Origin: Solirubrobacteraceae bacterium
Lineage (GTDB): Bacteria; Actinomycetota; Thermoleophilia; Solirubrobacterales; Solirubrobacteraceae
Assembly (NCBI GenBank): GCA_050696795.1
Contig: JBOGYJ010000081.1
Location: forward strand, 1 to 60,754
Direction: 5' to 3'
DNA length: 60,754 bases
A program made the position numbers and the translations under genes. Shown piece by piece: positions 45,440-55,867 of this stretch. Every line of letters starts with the position of its first letter. Position 1 is the stretch's first letter. The notes beneath the pieces were generated by a model. The model was given only the letters and a program-made list of their open reading frames with translations, did not search any database and had not been told where the DNA came from.

Positions 45440-48400
45440 TGGCCGAGCTGCAGACGAGCCTCGACGCGCAGCCGTTTGACCTGCGCGGGTCGCTGCCGAG
45501 CGGGGTGACCGTGCTCGAGGCCAGCGCCGGCACCGGCAAGACTTACACGATCGCCGCTTTGGCGGCGCGCTTCATCGCCGAGGGCGCGGCGACGCTCGAC
45601 CAGCTGCTGCTGGTCACGTTCACGCGTGTGGCCACCAGCGAGCTGCGCGAGCGCGTGCACGAGCGGCTGGTCGTCACCGAGGCGCAGATCGCACGGGTCG
45701 CCGCCGGGGCGCCACCGACCTACCTCGACGAGATCGTCGAGCTGCTCGCCGGCGGGCCGCTCGAGGAGGTAGAGAGGCGCCAGAGGCGGCTTGCTGACGC
45801 GATCGCCAACTTCGACGCCGCGACGATAGAGACCACCCACGGCTTCTGCCAGAGGGTGCTCGACGGACTCGGCACGCTGGCTGAGAGCGACCCGGGCGTG
45901 AGCTTCGTCGACAGCGTCGACGACCTCGCCCGCGAGGTGATCGACGACCTCTACGTGCGCCGTTTCTACCGCGACCACGACGGCCTGACGATGTCGCGCC
46001 AGCAGGCCGAGCAGGTCTCGCGCATCGCGATCGAGAACCCACTCGCACCGATCTATCCGAGCAACTCGCCGGCGGGCTCGGCCCAGGCGATGCGCTGCCG
46101 CCTTGCGGTGGCGGCGCGCGACGAACTCGATGCGCGCAAGCGCGCACTCGGGCTGATGACCCACGACGACCAGCTCACGCGGCTGCTGGCGACGCTCAGC
46201 GGGAAGCGCGGCGCCGACGCCGTCGCCGAGCTGCGCAGGCGCTACAGCGTCGTGCTGATCGATGAGTTCCAGGACACCGATCCGATCCAGTGGGAGATCG
46301 TCGAGCGCGCGTTCGGCGGGAGCCCGGTCGGCGGGAGCCAGGTCGGCGGGAGCCCGGACGGCGGGAGCCCGGACGGCGGAAGCCCGGCGGGCAGCGGCCC
46401 GGCGGGCCGAAAGACAACGCTCATCTTGATCGGCGACCCCAAACAGGCGATCTACGCCTTCCGCGGCGCCGATGTCTACGCCTACCTGGCCGCCGCCGAG
46501 AGCGCCGGCGCGCGTGCCACGCTGGCGGTCAACCGCCGCAGCGACAGGCCGCTGCTCGACGGACTCGACGCCTTGTTCGGGCGGGCGCGGCTCGGGCACC
46601 CGGGGATCATCTACCGCCACGTCGACGCGGCGCCGATCCACCAGGCTCCGCGGCTGCATGGCGCCCCCGGCGAAGCTGCTCTGAGGGTGCGCCTGCTGGA
46701 CGTGCACGAGCCATCCGTCGTGCGCACCGCCAGCGGCTATCCGAACGCCGAGTCGGCGCGCGCGTTCGTCGCGCGCGACCTCGCCGCCGACGTCGCCAGG
46801 CTACTGGGCTCGGACGCCACGATCGAGCTGCGCGACGAGGAGGGCAACACGACCGGCAGCGAACCGATCGCGCCGGGCTGCGTGGCCGTACTGGTGCGCA
46901 CCCACCGCAACGCCTGGCTGATCCAGGGCGAGCTCGAGGCGCTCGGCGTGCCGGCCGTGATCAGCGGCTCGGGCAGCGTCTTCGGTACCGCCGCGGCCGC
47001 CGATTGGCTGGCGCTGCTGGGAGCGCTCGAGCAGCCATCGCACCCCGCCCGCGCGCGCTCGGCCGCTCTGACCTCGCTGCTCGGCTGGACCGCGACGCAG
47101 CTCGCGGGCGCCAGCGAGTCCCGTCTCGAGCTGCTGCACCAGCGCCTGCACGCCTGGGCGCGGATCCTGCGCGAGCAGGGGATCGCGACGCTGGCCGAGT
47201 CGATCCTTGGCGCCGAGCAGACGGCCGCGCGGCTGCTGGCGCTGGTCGGCGGTGAGCGCCGCCTGACCGACCTCGAGCACGTCTCCCAGCTGCTCAACGC
47301 CGCCGCCGGCGCCGAGCAGTTCGGCGTCGCGGCGCTCACCGGCTGGTTGCGCCAGCGGATCGGGGCCGCCGAGCGCGAGGGCTCAAACGACGAGCGCACG
47401 CGGCGTCTGGACTCCGACGCCGACGCCGTACAGGTGCTGACCTTCCACCGCAGCAAGGGCCTCGAGTTCCCGGTCGTCTACTGCCCCTTCCTGTGGGAGG
47501 CTGGACGCCTCGCCGAGGAGGGCCAGCCCGTCTACTTCCACGACGACGACGGCCGGCGCGCGATCGACGTGGGGCTCTCCGGCGACGAGTACGGCAACCA
47601 CCTGCACCAGCACAACGTCGAGGAACGCGGCGAGGAGCTGCGGCTCGCCTACGTGGCGCTGACGCGCGCCCGGCACCGGGCGGTGATTTGGTGGGCAAGC
47701 GGCTGGTTCGCGCGCGAGTCCCCGCTCGGCCGGCTGCTGTTCGCCCAGGACGCCGAGGGCAACGTCGGCTGGCAGGGCTTCAAGCGCCCGCGCGAGGACG
47801 ACGCGCGCGCGCGCTTTCAGGAGATCGCGGCGCTCGCGCCACACGCGGTCGCGCTCGAGCCGGCCCGAGTCGACGAGCGCGTTGCTTGGCAGCCTGCCCG
47901 CGACGCCGACGCCGAGTTGGCGACCGCCCGCTTCGATCGCTGCATCGACACGGCCTGGCGACGCACCTCCTACAGCGCCCTGACGGCCGCCGCCCACGAT
48001 GCAGTAGTCGCCACCGAGCCCGAGGAGGCGGGGGTCACCGACGAGCCCGAGGTCGGCGGCACGCCGACACCGAGCGAGCTGCCGCTGTCGGAGATGGCGA
48101 TGGGGCCGCAGCTCGGCACGCTGATCCACCAGGCGCTGCAGGAGCTCGATTTCGCCGCGTCCGATCTCCGTGGCGCTTTGACCTCCTGGCTCGCCGGCGC
48201 GGTGGTCCATCGCCCCGAGCTGCTCGGCTGCTCACCGGAGCAGGCGGGCGAGGGGCTTTCACTCGCGCTCGCCACCCCGCTTGGTGGCGAGCTTTCAGGG
48301 ATCGCGCTCGCCGGCATCGGGCGAGGCGACCGGCTCGACGAGCTCGGCTTCGAGCTGCCACTGGCGGGCGGCGATCAGCCGGTGACGGCGGCGCGACTGT

Positions 48401-48939
48401 CGGACGTGGCGGCGCTGCTGGGTGAGCTGCTGCCGGCCGACGATGTGCTCGCCGGCTACGCGCAGCGGCTGCTCGATCCGGTGCTCGCCGCGGCGCTGCG
48501 GGGCTATCTGAACGGCAGCATCGACCTGGTGCTGCGCGTGCGCGGACTTGATCCCGCCCACCCGCGCGACCGCTACGCGATCATCGACTACAAGACCAAC
48601 TGGCTCGCGCCCGCGGGCGAGCCGCTGTCGGCGGCGCACTATGGCTTCGGTGAGCTGGCGGTGGAGATGCAGCGCTCGCACTACGTGCTGCAGGCGCTGC
48701 TGTATTCGGTGGCGCTGCACCGCTACCTGCGCTGGCGGCTGGCCGGCTACGACCCGTCGACCGATCTGGCCGGCGTGCGCTACCTGTTCCTGCGCGGGAT
48801 GCTCGGGCCGTCTGAGCCCGACTTCGGCGTGTTCGCGTGGCATCCGCCGGCGGCGCTGGTGGTCGCGCTCAGCGACCTGCTGGCGGGCGGCTCACCTCAT
48901 AGGCACATATCTACACCTGTCGATGGTGTTGGGTCATGA
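45439..48939 (+). CDS. recB: Exodeoxyribonuclease V beta subunit
   Basis: EASAGTGKT, DEFQDTD, IGDPKQAIYAFRGAD, HRSKGLEF, YVALTRA, nuclease GSIDL...IIDYKTN. Confidence 0.96.
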   Translation: MAELQTSLDAQPFDLRGSLPSGVTVLEASAGTGKTYTIAALAARFIAEGAATLDQLLLVTFTRVATSELRERVHERLVVTEAQIARVAAGAPPTYLDEIVELLAGGPLEEVERRQRRLADAIANFDAATIETTHGFCQRVLDGLGTLAESDPGVSFVDSVDDLAREVIDDLYVRRFYRDHDGLTMSRQQAEQVSRIAIENPLAPIYPSNSPAGSAQAMRCRLAVAARDELDARKRALGLMTHDDQLTRLLATLSGKRGADAVAELRRRYSVVLIDEFQDTDPIQWEIVERAFGGSPVGGSQVGGSPDGGSPDGGSPAGSGPAGRKTTLILIGDPKQAIYAFRGADVYAYLAAAESAGARATLAVNRRSDRPLLDGLDALFGRARLGHPGIIYRHVDAAPIHQAPRLHGAPGEAALRVRLLDVHEPSVVRTASGYPNAESARAFVARDLAADVARLLGSDATIELRDEEGNTTGSEPIAPGCVAVLVRTHRNAWLIQGELEALGVPAVISGSGSVFGTAAAADWLALLGALEQPSHPARARSAALTSLLGWTATQLAGASESRLELLHQRLHAWARILREQGIATLAESILGAEQTAARLLALVGGERRLTDLEHVSQLLNAAAGAEQFGVAALTGWLRQRIGAAEREGSNDERTRRLDSDADAVQVLTFHRSKGLEFPVVYCPFLWEAGRLAEEGQPVYFHDDDGRRAIDVGLSGDEYGNHLHQHNVEERGEELRLAYVALTRARHRAVIWWASGWFARESPLGRLLFAQDAEGNVGWQGFKRPREDDARARFQEIAALAPHAVALEPARVDERVAWQPARDADAELATARFDRCIDTAWRRTSYSALTAAAHDAVVATEPEEAGVTDEPEVGGTPTPSELPLSEMAMGPQLGTLIHQALQELDFAASDLRGALTSWLAGAVVHRPELLGCSPEQAGEGLSLALATPLGGELSGIALAGIGRGDRLDELGFELPLAGGDQPVTAARLSDVAALLGELLPADDVLAGYAQRLLDPVLAAALRGYLNGSIDLVLRVRGLDPAHPRDRYAIIDYKTNWLAPAGEPLSAAHYGFGELAVEMQRSHYVLQALLYSVALHRYLRWRLAGYDPSTDLAGVRYLFLRGMLGPSEPDFGVFAWHPPAALVVALSDLLAGGSPHRHISTPVDGVGS
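46315..46404 (+). repeat. In-frame 15-bp tandem repeat (6 copies, GGSPx) within recB
   Basis: ggcgggagcccggtc-type units at 46315, 46330, 46345, 46360, 46375, 46390. Confidence 0.93.
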
Positions 48940-50768
48940 GTACCGTCCATGAGCTCCCCGCGCGTGATCCCTTCGGGCCGGAGCTTGCGCTGCGCGCGCT
49001 CGAGCCGCTGGCCGCCTTGAATCGCGAGGAGGTCCTGATCGCCGCGGACGTGCATGTGGCCACGACGCTCGGGCGGATCGGCGCGGTCGGTGACCGCGAG
49101 GTTCTGCGCTGCGTCGCTTTCGCCGTCGCCGCCGCCCGCCAGGGACACGCCTTCTACGAGCTCGAGCAGGCCGATGCCGAGCTGATGCGGGGATGCGTGG
49201 CGCTGATCGGCGCCGAACCCGACGCCGTCGCGCCGTTGCGGCTCGAGGGCGCGCGGCTGTACCTGGATCGCTACTGGCGAGAGGAGCGCCGCCTGGCGGC
49301 GGCGCTCCTCACGCGCAACCGCATGCGCGCCGACGTCGGCGACCTGGCCCGGCTCGGCGAGGTGATCCGCGCGGCGTTCCCCGATGAGGAGTTCGTCGAG
49401 CAGCGAACCGCCGCCGCGGTGGCGCTGCTGCGCGACGTGGCCGTGATCGCCGGCGGCCCGGGCACCGGCAAGACCACGACGGTCGCGCGGATCGTCGGGC
49501 TGGTTCAGGAGCTCGCCGGCGACGTCGGCGAGGGGCCATTGATCGGGCTGTGCGCCCCGACCGGCAAGGCGGCGGCGCGGATGCAGGAGGCGGTCGGCGC
49601 CGCCGTCCGCGCTTCGACGATCCACCGCCTGCTCGGCTGGCTGCCGGGTGGGCGCTTCCGCCACGACGCCGGCAACCGCCTCCCCCACGACCTGGTGATC
49701 GTCGACGAAACCTCGATGGTGCCGCTCTCACTGATGGTGCGGCTGGTGGAGGCAGTGCGCGACGACGCCCAGCTGGTGCTCGTTGGCGATCCCGACCAGC
49801 TCGCCGCGATCGAGGTTGGCGCGGTGCTGCGGGACATCGTCGGCCCCGCCGCCGAGGCGCCCCAGTTCGGCGCGGGCATGCGGGCGACGCTCGCCCGCGT
49901 TGTCGGCGACGCGTCGGCTGGGCCCGAGCAGCGGTCGTTCGGCGACGGCGTTGCGGTGCTGCGCCGCGGCCACCGCAGCGTTGCGCCGATCGGTGCGCTG
50001 GCCGAGGCGATCCGCCGGGGCGACGCCGACGCGACCGTCGCGGCGCTCACCGCCGAGGGAGAGGTCGACGCCGAGACCGCGACCGAGGCCCGCGCTCGGC
50101 CCGCGGGCGGAGCGGCGAGCGTCACCTGGATCGCGGATCCGGCGGCGGATCCGGGGGTGCTGCGCGAGCACGCGCTCGCCGCCTACGCGCCGATGATCGC
50201 CGCGGCGCGAGCGGGTGATGCCGCGAGCGCGCTGCGCGCGCTCGCCTCGTTCCGCCTGCTCTGCGCCCATCGCCATGGCCCGCTGGGTGTCGCGCAGTGG
50301 ACTGAGAGCGTCGAGTCCTGGCTGCGCGAGCAGATCCCCGGGTTCGAGCCGGGCGCGACGCGCTATGCGGGGCTGCCGCTGCTCGCGACCCGCAACGACT
50401 ACGAGCTCGGCCTCCACAACGGCGATACCGGCGTGGTCGTGCGCGGCGCGGACGGGGAGCTGCGAGCGGTGTTCGACGCCGGCGGAACCACGGTCGAGCT
50501 CGCGCCCTCGCGGCTGGCCGACGTCGAGCCGCTGTTCGCGACCACCGTCCACAAGAGCCAGGGCTCGGAGTTCGAGGTCGCGGCACTGCTGCTGCCCGAG
50601 CCCGACTCGCCGCTGCTCTCGCGCGAGCTGCTCTACACCGCGGTGACCCGCGCCCGCAGCACGCTGGTGGTGTGTGGGAGCGAGGAGTCGGTGCGTGAGG
50701 CCGTCGCGCGGCCAGCGGGCCGCGCGAGCGGACTGCGAGAGTTGTTGTGGGCGCCCAACCCCGACTGA
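48936..50768 (+). CDS. recD: Exodeoxyribonuclease V alpha subunit
   Basis: LYLDRYW, GGPGTGKTT, APTGKAAAR, VDETSM, TVHKSQGSEF, ELLYTAVTRAR. Confidence 0.95.
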   Translation: MSTVHELPARDPFGPELALRALEPLAALNREEVLIAADVHVATTLGRIGAVGDREVLRCVAFAVAAARQGHAFYELEQADAELMRGCVALIGAEPDAVAPLRLEGARLYLDRYWREERRLAAALLTRNRMRADVGDLARLGEVIRAAFPDEEFVEQRTAAAVALLRDVAVIAGGPGTGKTTTVARIVGLVQELAGDVGEGPLIGLCAPTGKAAARMQEAVGAAVRASTIHRLLGWLPGGRFRHDAGNRLPHDLVIVDETSMVPLSLMVRLVEAVRDDAQLVLVGDPDQLAAIEVGAVLRDIVGPAAEAPQFGAGMRATLARVVGDASAGPEQRSFGDGVAVLRRGHRSVAPIGALAEAIRRGDADATVAALTAEGEVDAETATEARARPAGGAASVTWIADPAADPGVLREHALAAYAPMIAAARAGDAASALRALASFRLLCAHRHGPLGVAQWTESVESWLREQIPGFEPGATRYAGLPLLATRNDYELGLHNGDTGVVVRGADGELRAVFDAGGTTVELAPSRLADVEPLFATTVHKSQGSEFEVAALLLPEPDSPLLSRELLYTAVTRARSTLVVCGSEESVREAVARPAGRASGLRELLWAPNPD

Positions 50769-50789
50769 GGGCCCGTAGCCGCGGGGCGA

Positions 50790-51380
50790 CTACGCGCGGG
50801 TGAGCGTCAGCGCCGCCTCGGCGCGTACGCGCTTCCCAACCATCCCCGGCTTGGACCAGCCGAGTCCGGCCGCCTGCAGGTCGATCGTCACACCACCCTC
50901 GAGGTGCAGGTGGTCGCCGTGCGCGATCGCCTGCACGGGGAAGCTCAGCGGCACGGTCCTCGCCTGGATCTGTAGGGCGCCGCGCAGCTTCAGGTGCTCA
51001 GATCCGCCCGGCTCGAGCTGCTCGAGCGTGAAGATCATCTCCGGATAGCTCTCGCTGTCGAAGTAGGAGGCGCTGCGCAGGTCCGCGTCGCGCCTGCCCA
51101 GCCCGCTGTCGATGCTCGCCGTCTGCACCACCAAGCGGCCGCCGACGCCACCGGCCTGATCGACCACCAACTCGCCGCTGAAGCGCTCGAAGATCCCTGT
51201 GACGGGCAGCAGCCCGAACAGCGCCCGCGCCTTGAACACCACCTCGCTGCCATGCGGATCGACGCTCCAGGCGCCCTCCGGCATGCGCTCGACGATCAGC
51301 GCCCGGTCATGATCATGATCGTGGTCGTGACCCTCGTGCGGGTGCTCGTGGTCATGCGAGTGTTCGTGCTCGTCGCTCAT
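50790..51380 (-). CDS. YceI-family lipid/isoprenoid-binding protein with His-rich N-terminus
   Basis: WSVDPHGSEVVF, ASIDSG..RRDADLRS..YFD...YP. Confidence 0.85.
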   Translation of the reverse strand: MSDEHEHSHDHEHPHEGHDHDHDHDRALIVERMPEGAWSVDPHGSEVVFKARALFGLLPVTGIFERFSGELVVDQAGGVGGRLVVQTASIDSGLGRRDADLRSASYFDSESYPEMIFTLEQLEPGGSEHLKLRGALQIQARTVPLSFPVQAIAHGDHLHLEGGVTIDLQAAGLGWSKPGMVGKRVRAEAALTLTRA

Positions 51381-51436
51381 GCGCGGCAGTCTCTCACGTC
51401 AACACCCGTCTCGTTCCCAGACGCAGCGACCAGCAT

Positions 51437-52519
51437 CTAGGGAATGACCAACGACCGGGCACCCTCCCCGTGCTCGAGCCGCTCCAGCGCGGCGGGAATT
51501 CCGTCGAGGCCGATTCGGGTGCTGACCAGCTGGTCGAGCGAGATCCGCCCCTGCGCGGCGAGCCGGGCAAAGCGAGGGATGTCGCGGTCCGGGTTGCTGG
51601 AGCCGTAGAAGCTGCCGGTGAGCGTGCGCGCGAAGTAGGGGAGCTCGAGCGCGTTGAAGCTGAGCGTGTCCTCGCGACTCCCGATACCCACGATCGTCGC
51701 ATGCCCGCCCCGGCGCGTCGCGGACCACACCTGGCGCATCACCGCCGCCCGTCCGACGCACTCGAACGCGTGATCGACGCCTCTGCCTTCGGTCAGGTTG
51801 CGAATCTCGCGCGCAACCTGATCGGAGGCGACCAGGAAGTCGGTGGCGCCAAGGCTCAGTGCGAGCTGCTCCTTGTCCGGCGAGGCGTCGACGGCGATGA
51901 TCGGGCAGGCCCCGACGAGCCTCGCGCCCTGGACGGCGCACAGGCCGACCCCTCCAAGACCGAAGACGGCGACTGACTCGCCCGGCCTGGCGGCAGCCGT
52001 GTGGAGGACGGCACCGACGCCGGTCAGCACAGCGCATCCCAGAATCGCGGCGTGCTCGATGCTGACCGAGTCCGGGAGTGCAACGACGGCGCGGTCACTC
52101 ACGATCGACTCCTCGGCGAAGGCGCCGACCCCGAGCGCCTGACAGAGCTGGGTACCTTCACCGAGCAGCGTCGCGTATGGCAGTTGCGAGTTCTCGCCGG
52201 CCCGTTCGCAGATGTGTGCCTCATCGTTCAAGCAGTACCAGCATTCCCCGCATCCGGGGCTCCAGTTGAACACCACCCGGTCGCCGGGCGCCACCTTGCG
52301 CACCCCTTCCCCCACCTCTGTGACCGTTCCCGAACCCTCGTGCCCGAGGACCGCGGGCACCGGCTGCGCGATCGTCCCGTTCATCATCGATAGATCTGAG
52401 TGACAGACGCCGGCGCCGGCGATACGGACCCTTACCTGACCTGGGCGCAGCTTCGGCAGCACGATCTCTCGGACCTCCGGCGGGCGGCCGACCTCAAACA
52501 AGATTGCGGCCTTTGGCAT
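51437..52519 (-). CDS. Zn-dependent alcohol dehydrogenase (class III-like)
   Basis: GVCHSD, GHEG, CGECWYC...C, GCAVLTG, GLGGVG. Confidence 0.92.
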   Translation of the reverse strand: MPKAAILFEVGRPPEVREIVLPKLRPGQVRVRIAGAGVCHSDLSMMNGTIAQPVPAVLGHEGSGTVTEVGEGVRKVAPGDRVVFNWSPGCGECWYCLNDEAHICERAGENSQLPYATLLGEGTQLCQALGVGAFAEESIVSDRAVVALPDSVSIEHAAILGCAVLTGVGAVLHTAAARPGESVAVFGLGGVGLCAVQGARLVGACPIIAVDASPDKEQLALSLGATDFLVASDQVAREIRNLTEGRGVDHAFECVGRAAVMRQVWSATRRGGHATIVGIGSREDTLSFNALELPYFARTLTGSFYGSSNPDRDIPRFARLAAQGRISLDQLVSTRIGLDGIPAALERLEHGEGARSLVIP

Positions 52520-52520
52520 C

Positions 52521-53960
52521 TCAGACCTGGATCGCCTTCGGTTGGAGGAATTCCTCGAGCCCGTAGCGCCCGAGCTCACGCCCGTTCCCCGACTGCTTGT
52601 AACCACCGAACGGGGCGAGCGGGTTATAGCGGCCGCCGTTTATATCGACCTGGCCTGTCCGCATCCGCCGCGCGAACTGCACCGCCGCTTCGCTGCTGTG
52701 CGCCCAGACCGCGCCGGCGAGTCCGTAGATCGAGTCGTTGGCGATCCGCAGCGCGTCATCCTCGCCGTCGTAGGGGAGGATCGCGAGCACCGGTCCGAAG
52801 ATCTCCTCCTGGGCGATGGCCATGTCGCTGCGCACATCGGCGAAAACGGTCGCCTGCACGAAATGACCGGTGGGGAGCTCAGCGGGCCGCTCAGATCCCC
52901 CGGCCACCAGCCGCGCTCCTTCGCGCGCCGCGCTCTCGATGTGACCCAGGACGCGCTCCCGCTGTCGCTCGGAAACCAGTGGTCCGAGACGAGTCGCCGG
53001 ATCGAGCGGCGCTCCGGGCCGATAGGTGGAGGCGGCTGCGCCGGCCAGCGCAGCCGCCTCGTCGTGGCTCTGGGCGGGGACGAGCATCCTGGTCCAGGCG
53101 CTGCAGGTCTGTCCCTGGTTGAGAAACGCGTTGGCGACTCCGACCTTGACCGCCTTGGCCAGATCCGCGCCGGGCAGGATCACGTTGGCCGACTTGCCGC
53201 CGAGCTCGAGCACCACTCGTTTCACGGTCTGCGCCGCGAGCTCGCCGACGCGGCGGCCGGCTGCCAGCGACCCTGTGAATGAAACGGCGTCCACGTCGGG
53301 GTGTGTGACCAGCGCCTCGCCGATGACCGGGCCTGTGCCCGAGACGAGGTTGAACGCGCCGGGAGGGAGCCCCACCTCGGCGACGCAGTCGGCCAGTACG
53401 TAGGCGCTCAGTGGCGCCACCTCACTGGGCTTGACGACGATCGTGCAGCCGGCGGCCAGCGCGGCCCCGACCTTTGCCGTGATCTGATGCAGGGGGTAGT
53501 TCCACGGTGTGATCGCGGCCACGACGCCCACAGGCTCCTTGACCACTTGCGAGTTTCCGATCTGTTCCTCGAACGCATAGGTCGAGAGCAACTCGGCGCA
53601 GCTGCGCAGGTCGGTGACCGGCAGCGCTGCCTGGATGCCGAGGGCGGTCTTCCAGACCGAGCCGACGTCAGCGACGATCAGGTGCGCCACCTCCTCGGCG
53701 CGGGACTCGAGCGCGTCGGCAAGCGCGTGGAGGTACCCGGCCCGCTCGGCGGGCGATGTTCGACTCCAGCTGTCCAGGGCCTCCGCCGCGGCCGTGACCG
53801 CGCGGTCGGCGTCGGCTTTGGCTCCTGCCGGAATGAGCGCGATCAGCCGCTCGGTGCTCGGATCCTCGACCTCGATCCGAGCGTCGTCAGCGCAAGACAC
53901 CCACTCGCCGCCGATGAAGTTGCGGTCGTAGTGCTTGGGCGCACTCGCCTCAGTGCCCAT
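52521..53960 (-). CDS. Aldehyde dehydrogenase
   Basis: ITPWNYP, KPSE, FTGS, LELGGKS, NQGQTC, EEIFGP, PFGGYK.SG.GRE. Confidence 0.95.
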   Translation of the reverse strand: MGTEASAPKHYDRNFIGGEWVSCADDARIEVEDPSTERLIALIPAGAKADADRAVTAAAEALDSWSRTSPAERAGYLHALADALESRAEEVAHLIVADVGSVWKTALGIQAALPVTDLRSCAELLSTYAFEEQIGNSQVVKEPVGVVAAITPWNYPLHQITAKVGAALAAGCTIVVKPSEVAPLSAYVLADCVAEVGLPPGAFNLVSGTGPVIGEALVTHPDVDAVSFTGSLAAGRRVGELAAQTVKRVVLELGGKSANVILPGADLAKAVKVGVANAFLNQGQTCSAWTRMLVPAQSHDEAAALAGAAASTYRPGAPLDPATRLGPLVSERQRERVLGHIESAAREGARLVAGGSERPAELPTGHFVQATVFADVRSDMAIAQEEIFGPVLAILPYDGEDDALRIANDSIYGLAGAVWAHSSEAAVQFARRMRTGQVDINGGRYNPLAPFGGYKQSGNGRELGRYGLEEFLQPKAIQV

Positions 53961-54588
53961 CGGTGCTCCCGCTTGCCGACCCGAGCGGAGCCTGGCACTC
54001 GAGTCCGTCGAGGAACCTGTCGATCAGCAGCTTCAGCGCGGCGCGATCCACGCGTGATGAGGCGTCACGCAGCCTTGGCACGTCCTGAAGGTGTGGAAAT
54101 TGTGCCGCCTTGGGGGAAAAGCCACTCGCGAACGACCCGAGTGCTGCCCCGTAGACGGCATAGCGGATGGCGGCTGCGATCCGGGTCGCACGGGAAGGCG
54201 TCCACCCCTGCGTGAGCAGTCCGGCGTAGACCTGGTCCGCACGGACCAGCCCCGCATCGAGACGGCCGAACGCGACAGCCATGTGGGGAACCAGATTCGG
54301 GTGGGCAACCAGCGCCTCGTAGTACGACCACGCCCAGGCGTCGAGGGCGTCGCGCCAGGCCAGTTGCTCGAACCCCGAGGCGTCGACCTGCTGCATGACG
54401 CTCTCCGCAACCGTGTCCAGGAGCTCTTCCTTGGAGCGAACGTGGTTGTAGAGCGACGGGGCCTGAACGCCCAACGCATCGGCGACCCGACGCATCGTGA
54501 CGGCGGCGAGGCCCTCGGAATCGATCACCTCGAGCGCGGTGGCGGCAATCCGTTCGCGGGTGAGACGAGCAACTGGTTTGGTGTCCAT
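53950..54588 (-). CDS. TetR-family transcriptional regulator (TetR_C-type C-terminus)
   Basis: LTRERIA.TAL..ID.EG...VTMRRVA..LGVQAPSLYNHV.SKEEL. Confidence 0.92.
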   Translation of the reverse strand: MDTKPVARLTRERIAATALEVIDSEGLAAVTMRRVADALGVQAPSLYNHVRSKEELLDTVAESVMQQVDASGFEQLAWRDALDAWAWSYYEALVAHPNLVPHMAVAFGRLDAGLVRADQVYAGLLTQGWTPSRATRIAAAIRYAVYGAALGSFASGFSPKAAQFPHLQDVPRLRDASSRVDRAALKLLIDRFLDGLECQAPLGSASGSTDGH

Positions 54589-54634
54589 TGCGCAGATTCT
54601 CCCGGAGAGCGGTAGCGAGCTTGACCTGCCGTCG

Positions 54635-54674
54635 GTGAACAATGTTAGTATGATTTCCCACTAACGTGGTTAGT
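54635..54674. promoter_or_regulatory. Paired palindromic operators in the divergent promoter
   Basis: actaac-gtg-gttagt (54660-54674, perfect) and gtgaac-aat-gttagt (54635-54649, imperfect) around TAGTAT/TATGAT. Confidence 0.7.
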
Positions 54675-54697
54675 CGGGAGAGGATGGGAGAAGAGGA

Positions 54698-55867
54698 GTG
54701 GATTTCTCACTTACCGACGAGCAGCGCGCGATCCGCGACACGGCGCGCGCGTTCATCCGCAACGACGTGATGCCGCTCGAGCCGGAGGCGCTTCGTCGCG
54801 AGCGCCGCGATGAGAGCGCCCTTGAGCATTCGGAGCTGCGCGTGCTGCAGCAGAAGGCGCGAGATTTCGGCTTCTGGGGGCTCGGGACTCCCGCCTCCTA
54901 TGGCGGAGCCGAGCTTCCGGCGGTAACGCAGAGCCTCGTGTGGACCGAAGTGGGGCGGACGTTCGTGCCCTTCGCCTTCGGTGGCGAGACCGACGTGATC
55001 CTCTACAAGGCGAACGCGGAGCAGCGTGAGGAGTACCTCCTTCCCGCTATCGAAGGGACGCGCGGCTCGTGCTTCGCGGTGACCGAGCCGAACGCCGGCT
55101 CGGACCTCACCGCGATCCGTATGCGTGCCCGGCGTGACGGCGATGACTGGGTGCTGAACGGCGAAAAGACCTTCATCACGCGTGGCCATGAGGCCGACTT
55201 CGCGATCGTCGTGGCGGTGACCGACAGTGCCCTCGGCTACAAGGGCGGCTTCACGGCGTTCATCGTCGACCGCTCGATGGGCTGGACCTCGTCGGCGATC
55301 GACACGATGGGTCCGGCGCGCCCGGCCTCGATGTCATTCGATGACGTCAGAGTCCCGCACCGCAACGTGCTCTGCGAGGTCGGTGACGGCTTCACGCTCG
55401 CAATGGAGTGGATCGAACGTGGCCGCTACGTGATCCCGTCACAGGCGATCGGCGCCGCCGAGCGCCTGCTCGACATGGGTCTCGAGTTCGCGCGCCAGCG
55501 TCAGACGTTCGGCAAGCCGATCGGCGAGCATCAGATGATCCAGGCGATGCTGGCGGACTGCGCCGTCGAGTTGGAGAGCGCCCGCTGGCTGGTCCTGCTG
55601 GCCGCCTGGACGACCGATCAGGGCCGGGACCCGCGCCACCAGTCGGCGATGGCGAAGCTCGCGGGCGCCACGATGGCGAACCGGGTCGTGGACCGCGTCA
55701 TGCAGATCCACGGCGGCATGGGTTATACGCGCGAGCTGCCGATCGAACGCTGGTACCGGGAGGCGCGCCTGTGGCGGATCTTCGAAGGCACCGACGAGAT
55801 CCAGCGCCGCGCGATTGCGCGCAATCTGTTGAGCGGCCGCGCGGCGGTCGGTGGGCATCTGGCATGA
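54698..55867 (+). CDS. Acyl-CoA dehydrogenase
   Basis: GAGGAG RBS plus GTG; FAVTEPNAGSD, LNGEKTFIT, QIHGGMGY, RIFEGTDEIQR. Confidence 0.93.
   Translation: MDFSLTDEQRAIRDTARAFIRNDVMPLEPEALRRERRDESALEHSELRVLQQKARDFGFWGLGTPASYGGAELPAVTQSLVWTEVGRTFVPFAFGGETDVILYKANAEQREEYLLPAIEGTRGSCFAVTEPNAGSDLTAIRMRARRDGDDWVLNGEKTFITRGHEADFAIVVAVTDSALGYKGGFTAFIVDRSMGWTSSAIDTMGPARPASMSFDDVRVPHRNVLCEVGDGFTLAMEWIERGRYVIPSQAIGAAERLLDMGLEFARQRQTFGKPIGEHQMIQAMLADCAVELESARWLVLLAAWTTDQGRDPRHQSAMAKLAGATMANRVVDRVMQIHGGMGYTRELPIERWYREARLWRIFEGTDEIQRRAIARNLLSGRAAVGGHLA

Noticed and set aside
48893..48936. Low-GC tail at the recB/recD junction with a small hairpin
   Set aside because: Short and in frame; no repeat or att evidence that I can support.
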